In this document: one piece after another, positions 38,701 through 49,653 of the stretch | Position numbering within the stretch: the stretch's first letter is position 1 | How the letters are laid out: every line of letters begins with the position of its first letter | Source of the DNA: Octopus vulgaris | Lineage: Eukaryota | NCBI GenBank assembly: GCA_951406725.2 | Contig: OX597816.1 | Location: 101,928,001 to 101,992,000, forward strand | Length of the DNA stretch: 64,000 nt | Direction of reading: 5' to 3' | Program-made: the position numbers and the translations under genes | The notes under the pieces: model-generated | What the model was told of the DNA's origin: nothing | The model's input: only the letters and a program-made list of their open reading frames with translations | Databases searched by the model: none

Positions 38701-41700
38701 AAATTCTCTCTCTCTCAGTGAAGGACAGATCCTATGATGCATGTATACAATGTTGCATAATGGAAAAACATGAACTTTGAGTGCAGATGATGTGTGAAGG
38801 ACAGTTAAAATTAGATGTACAGTGTTAATATGCATTAACCAGTAGCACAAATGAACTAAGAGAAATTTGGGTAGAAGAGGAATCATGGATAGTGTGAAAG
38901 AAACTGAGCCAATGCAGTTAAGCAATGTTTATGAAGCATGATAGCTGGGTAAAGAATTGTCAAATGATCTAATGAAAGAACTTGCAAAAGAGGAAGGCAT
39001 AGAAAGAAGTAGGGACGACTAATCTCAAAGCGCTGACCCTCATGAAGGAGATGACAAATGAGTCATAAGTAGTGGGATGCTGTGCTGGAGAAGACTCATC
39101 CAATACATGCAAGTATAGGATAAACAGATGCAAAAATGATAATATGAGTGTGTGTGTGTGTGCATTTCACACAAACACACATGCACACAAAGCAGTTGAT
39201 GGTAGAACTGTTAATATCATAAAAAATACTTTGTCATGCTCTACCAGGACACATCTAGTGCAAAACACTCTAATTTCACAAGGATGACACAGATTCCACA
39301 CACATACATACACAGACAAAGGTATATTTTCAAGACAAAGTAAAATACATCCCAATGCAAATATCAGTTTATATGATTCAAATCCTGCTAAGATCAACTT
39401 TGCCTTTCATCCATCTGAGATCAATAAAAAGAAATACTAGTAGCACTTAAATACAGGAGTTATATTTAATTGACTACTAATCAGACATCAGACTGGAATC
39501 CTTAAAGCAACCCAACATTTTCAAGTTAGTTCAGATATTGATGCCAAGCTGTTCATCCCTTACATAATATCAATGGTAGGGACAGAAGAATCTGGGTATA
39601 TGACCAACTACTAGTTTTTCATACAATTTTGTCCTGTCCTGTACTCTGGAAAAGATATTCAAATATTGTCTCACCATGATCTACCAACACATTCTGATGC
39701 AAATCATTCTAGATATAGACCCAGTCTCACAAAGGCATCAAAGAATATATATATATATATTTCCTGCAGGTGTTAGCCTGCAACAGTTGTTTAAAGGGAA
39801 CATTAATGAAAAAAAAAAAACGATAATGGTATATTTTCAAGGCACAGATCAAAATATATCTCAATGCAAATATCAGTTTAGATAATGGATAAAGTGTACA
39901 ATGTTAAAAATGGAGCTGGCATAAGTTATACATTTCACTAATACATTAATATATCAGTTACTAAAATTTCTTTATCATATAATGTCTACTTTTTGTCATC
40001 TGTACTAGTTGCTTGATACTTAGTGACTTCCTATACCAGGATCTTTTCGGATCATACCACCCTAAATATATATATATATATATATGAGTCTGCATGAGTC
40101 ATTATTCTGGGTTTTTTGCCTCTTTTTCTTGACCTGCCCAAGGAATGAACCAAGAAACTTCAAATAGTGACTCTCTTTGAATGGACGGTTTTCGTCTCTA
40201 CCTAACGATATTGAGTGCATTTTTCTGCTTAATTTCAGTTTATACCAACATGAACAAATGATCCACTTTCTCTCTCTCCCTCTCTCGAAATAACTCAAAT
40301 TTGTCAATGACATGAATTTGTATACATGGTAAAGTATTGTGCTGAATGTATAAAATCCTAATTAAATGGAGAAACAATAAAAAAAATACTAGCAGCAATT
40401 GTTAAAAACCCTTAAAGAATCAGTTATTTGGTTAGTTAAAATTGATTTTGTCTGTCCTACATGTATAATTTTTTTTTTTTTAATGGAAAAAAATTCAATT
40501 CTGGTGGGGAGGAGGAACAGGATTCTATTTGTGCAAGAATGGGGATCTGTGGACTATTTTAAAGTCGGAGAAAACAACAGAAAAGTATTTGGATGAAGGG
40601 GAGCATGAACCAGTTGCAAGCTGCTAACTAGATGACAATGACATAACATTGCTGATAAATATGATGATGTGTAACATCTGACAAATTTATTGGTTAAATT
40701 AGTCATACATACTCAGCTGAGTCAACAGGGAATCCTGCAAATTGAACTGAGGAGACACGTGGTCTTTTATATTTACTATAAAGCGAGAGTTATCGTTTAA
40801 CCCCAGATGAAACAAATGATGATTAAAGGCGTTTCAGTTAATGATTATCAGGTCTTTTCTAACGTGTCCTTTCTTTTTAAAACAGTAGTGCGTGATTTGA
40901 AGATCTGACTGCTATTTCGAGAAGGTTGGATAGATAAAGCTACTGTTATTTATTAGATCCTGTGAGTGTGAAACAATCTATTTACAATTTTAATATATAA
41001 GGAAGAAAAAAGTGTGTGCGTGTGTGTGGTGGAGTCATTAGTATCGAACCGTGAAACCCATTAAGGATTTAGTTCGTGGCAATTTACTTAATATGAGTGT
41101 TAACATATTTATATTGATAACAGCACTTAGTATTATTTCAAGACTTATTTAAGAAGAGCACTTAAATATATAGATTAGCTGAGAGTAGACAGACGAATTT
41201 GTATTCACATCGTACGAACATAATAGAGTTTTAGAAACTGCTATAGAACATAGGTTAGTTTAGACTTTGAAGTATGTGGTTCCATATCTTTATAGCACTG
41301 AGATATTTCCCCCACCTCCCCTCTCACGAGAAATAATTTCTTTACTCTTCTCGGTAGCATATTACTTGTTTACACATGTATATTAAATAGCAAAGAAGGG
41401 AAAATACGGTAACAGTGGGTTTCTGTCTTTTAAAAATAAAAAAAAAAGGGCTTGTATGTATAAAGTTTGTACTGGGAATCAGTAGTTTAGACAAAAATTG
41501 GATATCTAAACATACTCAATGGACTACAAGACTGATTTTATTAAAAAAATGAAGAAGTTGATAAATTTTAATGTATTAACTGCTATTTATTTTATTGACT
41601 TTAGAACAAAAATGATGTTTGCAGTATTTGAATTTTGATTGTACAGCGGTGAGAGTAAGTTATGTTAGGTCACTCCCAGCACTAAAATGTAAATTACTGT

Positions 41701-44700
41701 ATGCATTTTATTTTTTTCATGAAAAAAAAAACATCTTTTTTTTTTAAGGAGTTTTGTTTTTCATATACATTTCAGTGGTGTGGCTATTCTTCGAAGAACG
41801 AGATGACTACTACTGTTTGTCTTCTCTTCAATTACTAGTGAATGTCAAACAAGAAACAAATAAAAATTGCCCTCTTTTCGGAAGAGTGTGCCACGAAGTT
41901 AAAAATATTTTTCTAGCCTGTCGTGAGCAGAAACTTCCTCCTCTTTCCAGCCTCTGCAATGACGAATGTGTTGACATCAATTTCGTGTAGCATCAACTGC
42001 GTTGTTATAACAGTAATTACTACTGCTACATGAATTATTGTTAGGGCAATGGTTCGGCCGAAGAGGCAGGATTAAATTGCTTTGTGGAATTTTGTTACGT
42101 AGTGGGTTCAAATTCTACGAAAGTTAACCAAGACTTTCATCCTTCCGAGATCCATAAAATAAGCATATGACAAACGACTGTTCCCACTTCTTAAGATTTC
42201 TGGTCTATTAATTTTATTACCGAAGAAAAAATACGATGTAATAGCAGAAACGGTAACCTGCTGGAATAAATTCCTTGTGGTACTTAGTTTCGTCTTGTCT
42301 TCAAAACTAAGAGAGTTCGACTTAGTCTTTCACTCCTTTTAAATCAATAAAAATAAGAAGTAGCAGTAATACACGGAGTCGATTTCATCAACTGCACTTT
42401 CTCCAAATATGTTTCCTTGCATGTGCGTTAGAATTTCTTTCTTACTACAGTTGTTTCGCCTAGTCAAATATCACAGAAAATAACTAGGATAAATGCGAGC
42501 CACTTTCGTGTCTGAACTAAAGCCATTTCATTGATGTCACTAATATTCTTGGAGCAAAGCATATACAGTCAAGCTTCCTCGTTTTCTCGTCCTCAATAAA
42601 TTCAAGGGGTTGTACCCAATTAAACATCTAAGGCAGTGACCCAATTTCGAAAGAAGAAAGTCACAACCCGCTCCCTTACTATTCTTCCAATATATATATT
42701 TATACATATCAGATTTTATGTCTATGAAGAAAAAAAAAAAGAAAGAAGATTTTATCTGTGAAGATTTAATGGTTTAGAAAATATATTTGCAAGCTGTAAG
42801 ATACAAACATGAAATAGATTCTCATTTCTGGTAATAATACACCCAGCAGGTTGGTGGCTGCTAATAGAGAAGTTGCCAGTCTGTGGTTTGTCAATTCCAT
42901 AGCATTAAGGATTGGTTATGATATCATAAACATTTCATTACACATCTTTTTTTATTAAAAACGGACGGATAATTCGATAACTTGTAATAAATAAAAGTAA
43001 AATTCAGAAAAAACAACACACAATTACGAGAATAGTGTAAAATTAGACGTCATCTGATATGATAAAGTTATATAGATGTGCCACTTCTCTCTGATGGCTG
43101 TATCGATAATCTGATTAAAAGGCAATGATATGTGGTTTGTGTATATGTGTGTATGTGTGTATATATATATATATATGGCAGCAGATAATGTCGATAATGC
43201 AAAATCTAACGCAGTGGGGGAAAGGGTACCCGGCCCACAACAAGTTTCAAAGACGCGCAACACGGGCATGTCAGTTCGCCTACGCGCTGAGTGAGATGAT
43301 GATGCATCATAATACCATTTACAGTCACAGCTGGCACCACTATACGGAGGTACGCACTGCGAGAACAACGTCGACCTATTTATTTATCTTAGTATATAAC
43401 TGATGGAGCTGAAGAGTTTACCAGACTAAAAACACTTTAGATATACATATGATTGAAGACAAGGCTTCCTATGCAAATGAGAATCCTGTATTTTTTTTCC
43501 AGGAGACATGCGAGAAATAAAAACCAAAACAATACACTGACATACGAACTGTGATTAGACTAACAACTGTGGAAGAAGAAAAACTATGTAGACGTAAACA
43601 AATAACAGAGAAGTTTAAATACAGCCAGTCTATTCAAATGAAACAAATAAAGACACTTAAGATATTTGTCTTTATAAAACAATACAAACATGGTTGGTTA
43701 GTTTTTTGTTGCTTTTTCTTTTTCCTGTCTGGGACGTTCCTATCATATTCTACATCATATTCTAGCATTATAAAAATTATTTATTGCTAGGCATATGGCA
43801 CAATAAAAAAAATCAGTCTGTATTCATGCATATATGCTACAATAAATTATTATTTTAATGCTTATAATAACGTATAAAGGCTGCGTTGTGAAGATGGGGT
43901 TCAGCCGAGGGTAATAAAGCGTTATCTGTTGCTAGTATTCATTATTTAAACATGCTGTGACCGGAGTAAAAAATATCTTTATTCACTGAGGGGTCTTGGG
44001 CATAGAGTGAGCAAATACTTTAGTAACAATATTTATGTAAACTACGTTAACAAAATCACCTCGCAAGTTTGAGCATGATCTATTTACTACCCTTACACTG
44101 AGCAACTGCATTGTGGTAAGAGTTCTATCAACCATTTAGAACATACTGTACAGTTTGTATGCATGTGTGTGTGTCAGTGCATGCATGAATGTATTAGGGA
44201 GTAACAAGTTCATCAGACCGTGAAGTCACTCAGAATAAAGAACTAAAAGTTATAAGTCTGTCAATACGTTTAACCCTTTAGCATAAATGTTAGTTTTTAT
44301 CAGCTTGGCCTTGTGGATCTTAAAATAACAGTATATGGGATAACTTTGAAAAATACTTCCTTCAAGTATCTTGGTTGCATGTTAAACAGCGATGCAAAAT
44401 TTTGATGACAAAACTGTACACAGAATTTAGAAATCATGGATGCCAATTGGAAAATTTCAATCTACACTGTGGTTTCAAATATATATTAAAACATGATACT
44501 AAACAATCTATTTTCGAAACAAAGCATTTTGCCTTATTTTGTTGTATGGCTGTGAAATATAGTCATTATAGTCAAAGCATGTTTTAAACATGATGATGCA
44601 TTGAAACTCTCCTGCAATGCAAACTGAGATGGACAAACTATATGTTTGTATGGAAGATAAAAGAATTCAGGAGCTTCTACTCTGTGGAGAATTATGTTCT

Positions 44701-45974
44701 GGGGAAAAGATCCCCTTACAAACCAATGTTAAGATACAAGGACTGCTTTAAATTTGATCTGACAAAAAAAAGGACCATATTTATGTGGGATATTGATTTT
44801 TAAAAATTACAATTGATAGGGTACCATGGAGAAACAAAAATATACTCAATTTGAAGAGAATCACATTAAAAATGCAAATTTGAAATTAAATGCTTGGAAA
44901 GGAAACCTCTACAGATATCACTAATCCTTTCAAATGTTGAACCTGTAACCAATTTTTTAAGGCTAGTCTTGTTAACCATTCAAATATACATGAACTAAGA
45001 CGAAACACCTGAAAGCTAAAAGAATAAATGTGTACCAATGATTTAAAAAATGCTATCTTCCTGTCAGTTATCTGGAGATACCAAATGACATGATTCTGTA
45101 CTGCATTTAACAGACAAGAGACATGTAGCAGCTATGGTAAAAGCTGGATATCATCAATTGGATTAAAAAGTCATCTTTGCTTTGCAGTTCATTAACAAAC
45201 AATGGTCATATTTGTTATTGGACCAACTTCTATCACATACACAAACACATTTATTATAAATTGCTATTTCTGTAATCAAACCCTCACCTGTTGCAAAGCA
45301 AAGTAATATTTCTCTCTAAGGCCAGACATGTTTTTATAGAAGAGTGGAAATGAATGACATTTGTTGCATATCATAACTATCATGCAATGACAAGACAAAA
45401 ATGCAACACACACAAGACTTTGGTTGGCCTGGGGCTATAGTGGGAGATATTTGCCCAAATGACAACAGTGGGGCTGAATCTGAAATCACATGGTTATATG
45501 GTTGACTGTGTACTTCCCAACCACATGGCTCTGGGTTCATTCACATTGCCTAGCACTTGAGCAAATGTCTTCTATTATAGCCCTGAGCCAGGCAATACTT
45601 TGTGAGTGGATTTGATAGACCAAAAAAAAAAATCGTGAAGCCTGCTGTATGTCATCATTTTGCATGCAGTGTCTTTCATCTCCAATATTCTGTAAAAACA
45701 TCTAGTCATGGGGAAATATTACTTTATTTGGAAATAGGTAAGGGATGGCAACAAGAAGAGCATCCAACTGTAGATAATCTGCCCCAATAAATTCCACCTG
45801 ACTTATGCACGCATGAAAAAGTGGACATTAAAACAATGATGATGATACACACACATATACAGTTTTCATTTAGGTTGCAAAAAAAAACAAAAAAAACAAT
45901 TTACTTTTGTGTTAGAAGCAAGCAGAGTCTTGATATATGCCTGCCGTATGTAAAGTAAATAAAATTACATATCT

Positions 45975-46495
45975 GAATAAAAGTTTTGGCACAAACTTGG
46001 CAGATACACATCTCATTCCCAAATCTTCAGTGATAATGGTCTGAACTGAACTGTAACTAATCTGCACATCCACTGATAACTCATGGATGGTGATTCGATG
46101 ATTTCCCCTCACAGTTGCATGCACATCTGTGATGTTTTTCTGCTGGTTGTGGGTTGCCCAGAACGATTGTCAATATCAACATTTTTTCAGCCATCTTGGA
46201 AACATCTGAACCACTCATACACTTGTGTGCAGCTCATGCACTCCTCTTCATACACTTTCTGAAACTTTGTGTAGGCCTCTGAGCAGGTATCACCATGACA
46301 ACTTTTTCTGTCATGGTCAATGTGATGATCACACACTACACACCTTTCTTCCAAGCACTGCTGTAAACAGCAGAAGTGAGCTAGAATGTTAAAACTTAGT
46401 ACACATGCACAACAAAGTTCAAGGTCACTCTTTGCCTAGCAGCTTTACTCTGTTACTATGGCAACAGTTCAGATACTTATTGATCAGACCTCGTA
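45975..46495 (-). mobile_element. 5' half of a second mariner family
   Basis: TIR tacgaggtctgatcaataagtatctg at 46470-46495. HTH region ...RITIHELSVDVQISYSSVQTIITEDLGMRCVSAKFVPKLL, truncated after the WVP-equivalent motif. Confidence 0.85.
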
Positions 46496-46629
46496 TGTGT
46501 GTGTGCATGTAGATATGTATATATGTGTGTATATTTATATACATATTTATGTAAAATATCCATAGTTCATTAAATTCAAACCTATTCACAAATATTTCGA
46601 TAACATGCTCTGTGTGTGTGTGTGTGTGT

Positions 46630-47630
46630 GCAGTTTAACTTGAAGGTGGGAATCCATGAAGGTTCAGTCTTTTATTCATCATAGTCCTATAGACTGTCAC
46701 AAACGAGTTTAAGGCTGACTATCCATGGGAACTCCTACATGCTAATGACCAAGTTCTCATATCTGAATCTATAGAGAAGACATTTCAGGCATGGAAGCTA
46801 AACAAAGAATCAAAGTAAACTTGGTAAAGATAAAAGTTTAAGTAGTACAGAAGATATTTTCAGGGAAATGGTCTTACTTGATATGCAGAAAAGATATAAA
46901 CTTAATACACTGTACTTTTGTAAGCTATGGACCCACAAAAATGTGGAATCATAGGCAGACTAACAGAGAAAGTAAGTTTATATGACAGATGACTAGAGCA
47001 GGATGTACTATGAGTCCACAAGAAGCAAATTCTCTTAAATGCGCAGATGGCTCACTAGAAGTAACCAATAGCATTTTTTTAAACCAGGAGATATAATTAA
47101 CAAGAGAAACAGTTGCTCAAAAGCATAGTAACTAGGTTAGGAACAGGTTCAAAAAAGTTCAGGAGGCTAGCAACAAAGATCTTTTCCCTCAGAGTGAAGA
47201 GCAGATTTGTATGATGCTTGTGTATGGTGTTGTTGTGTATGGTAGTAAAACATGGGTCATGAATGTATGAGAAGACTGGAAAGAAATCAAGCTAGCATAC
47301 TCTGTTGTAAGTGCAATGTTAGTGTGCATGTGTGACAAAGTACAATACATTGAGAAACAAACTGAGCATTAGAGGAATTCAGATGTAGTATGCAAGAAAG
47401 AAGAATGTACAGCTATGGACATGTCATGTGTATGGATGATGACAGCTGTACAAAGAAGTACTAATCACTTGATGTGGATGAAGCTGGCAGAGGAGAGAGA
47501 CTCAGAAAGACATGGGACAAAGTGGTGAAGGCTGATCTCTGGACCCTGAACCGCATGGAAGACATAAAGGACTTAGATGACAGGCAATATGTGATTCTCA
47601 AGAAGACTCACCAACCTCAGCAAAACTTAA
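46630..47630 (+). mobile_element. RTE LINE fragment (RT C-terminal half to 3' end)
   Basis: VGIHEGS...FIIVL*TVTNEFKADYPWELLHAND (YADD-equivalent), then YGHVMCMDDDSCTKK and RLRKTWDKVVKADL. Confidence 0.8.
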
Positions 47631-47985
47631 ACTGTAGATACTTGAAGCACAATGCATATATATTTATGCACAAATGGGTACCCTACCCCCTGTATTCCAA
47701 CTATCCACTATGTCTCTAACTGTAATATTCTGCTGTTGTAATTTAATATAAGCTGAACCAACTTTTCCCTGATACCACTTATCCTTCTTGATATCTGGAA
47801 TGATTTCACTTGTCATCCAACTTTCATTCTGACCACCCTCCTCAACCACCAAATTATCACTGCTTCCACCACTATTCCTACCCCAAACTCTTACAACTTA
47901 CCCAACACATTATCTCTTCTTCTCATATCCTGGTCTCATTCTTCCCCTGCCTACAATATCATTATAATATTATTACTCTTCTACT

Positions 47986-49340
47986 AGATATCTTGCAAAC
48001 AACTTGCACATGCAAGTGCTACCAGTTAAAAGCTCCGTATATCGGAAGCTAGCAAGTGTATGGGGTCATCAGGAGAGAATGCGCGCCGTTTCGGGGCCTA
48101 CCTCTCGACGGTATCAATGCGCACCGGCCCCCTCACTGATATGAGGCCCCGCTTGCTAGATCAGCTGGTTATGATGAACTCAATATACTTCTAGCCATCG
48201 CTCATCGTCTCTTTTAACCAAATCCAGTGGCTAGCCTTCTCCACTGTAGATTGGATATCAGTCATGGTGGTATTGACTTTACGATGAGTTAGGCCTAACG
48301 ATAACAACAGTCGTCTCACGCTGTGTCCTACAAACCCTCTACATCCGACTTCGATAGGAAAATGTTCCGCTTTCCAGCCTGCGTCTTCATATTCCTCGAG
48401 GAGGTTTTCATAACGGTTTAATTTTCGAGCTCGAGCGGCGTCCATATTATCTTCGTGAGGAACCGTTAGCTCGACTATATTTAAAACTTTCTTTCTTTCA
48501 CACCACATCAAAATATCTGGTTTTTTCGAAACTGGGATGGGAAAGAAAACCTGGCACCCAGGTAAATCTGCAGTTACCTCCCAATAGTCGTTCCACTTTT
48601 CATTTTTCTCAGGAAGTTTCTTGGTCTTCTTCTTGAAACGGATCTGCTGACCTGGTCGCACGAAGGTAATGAACTCTCTTGATGGTACTTTTAACGATTT
48701 TTCCTCAGTGTTGTTGAGATGAATTTGATTCTTTATAGCATTGAAGATAACCTTAAGGACCAAGTTGTGCCTCCATGTGTACCTGTTCAATGCTAACGAA
48801 CAGTTGGAAAGAATATGTTTTAGTGTACCGACTTTTCCACATTTGCAGACGTCATTCTCTAAGACGTTCCATCTTACTAGATTCGTAGGTGATGGCAAAA
48901 CATCATAAGATGAACGAATCAGGAAACTCAGCCGAGATGTTGTCCACTTCCACATCTCATCCCAACTTATCTTCCTCTCAACAACATGTTCTTCCCATCT
49001 CGTCATCTGACCTTGATGAACACATCGGATCAAATGAAGCTCTCTTCTCTCTGCTTCTCTTGTTTTGACGCTGTTGCTAACAACAGATCTGCGTTCACAC
49101 GGCATCATGCTTGCAAACGGTCTGAACTGATCCGCGCCAAAACCAAATCCTTTCCGATGGTTCTGCGTTGCTCCCACCATATCTCTGTGTGTAAGAGAAG
49201 ACAAGATGTTGTCAGTTTCTGCTTCTGCTTTCCACTTCCTGGCTGTTTTCACCTCTGGTGGGTTACGCCTGATTTCCATATCCTTCGATTCTCTCAGCAT
49301 CATGACCGTCCGTATCTTCCCCAACTTATATATTTCGACT
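47986..49340 (-). mobile_element. HERO-clade non-LTR retrotransposon, 5'-truncated younger copy (CCHC knuckle + REL endonuclease + complete 3' UTR)
   Basis: Open 377-aa frame 48191-49324 with YDVLPSPTNLVRW, CKCGKVGTLKHILSNC, RYTWRHN, KKPDIL...IVELTVPHEDN and PIEVGCRGF. Colinear with the copy at 17055-18400, including the 3' UTR. Confidence 0.93.
48049..48159 (-). ncRNA. Candidate permuted, pseudoknotted hammerhead-like RNA structure in the HERO 3' UTR
   Basis: Sense order: GGGGCC ... CCGUC|GAGAGG-UA-GGCCCC-GAAA-CGG ... UCUCUC-CUGAUGA-CCCC. All three stems pair (see findings). Activity untested. Confidence 0.55.
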
Positions 49341-49588
49341 TATATATTTAATATTGTGCCTGAGTTTATATAATTTTGAAACATTTTAAAACTCAAAATA
49401 TAAGTAAAAATGGCTTCTCTATATTACTTCAAAATAATGGCCCTGCCCCAATTAATCTGTTAAATCAAGGGTTTATTATGTTTGTACAAGTGTGTGTATA
49501 GACAAGTAGGTATACAAATGAAAGAAAGTAGCTCTCATCTCACTTAGTTTTAAGAATATAATAACAGGTTGAAGCTGAGTCAAACTGT

Positions 49589-49589
<1 letters not shown>

Positions 49590-49652
<63 letters not shown>
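49590..49652. repeat. Compound (GT)n(AT)n(AC)n self-complementary microsatellite
   Basis: gtgtgtgtgtgt-(at)n-acacacacacac, palindromic by composition. Confidence 0.9.

Positions 49653-49653
<1 letters not shown>

Noticed and set aside
48060-48100. Reading the HERO 3' UTR motif as an ordinary type II hammerhead or a C/D-box snoRNA
   Set aside because: For type II, the CCCC after CUGAUGA would have to pair with the GGCCCC before GAAA (it cannot), and no NUH plus stem I hairpin lies between GAAA and CUGAUGA. For a snoRNA, no D box (CUGA) follows the UGAUGA. Only the permuted arrangement satisfies the pairings.
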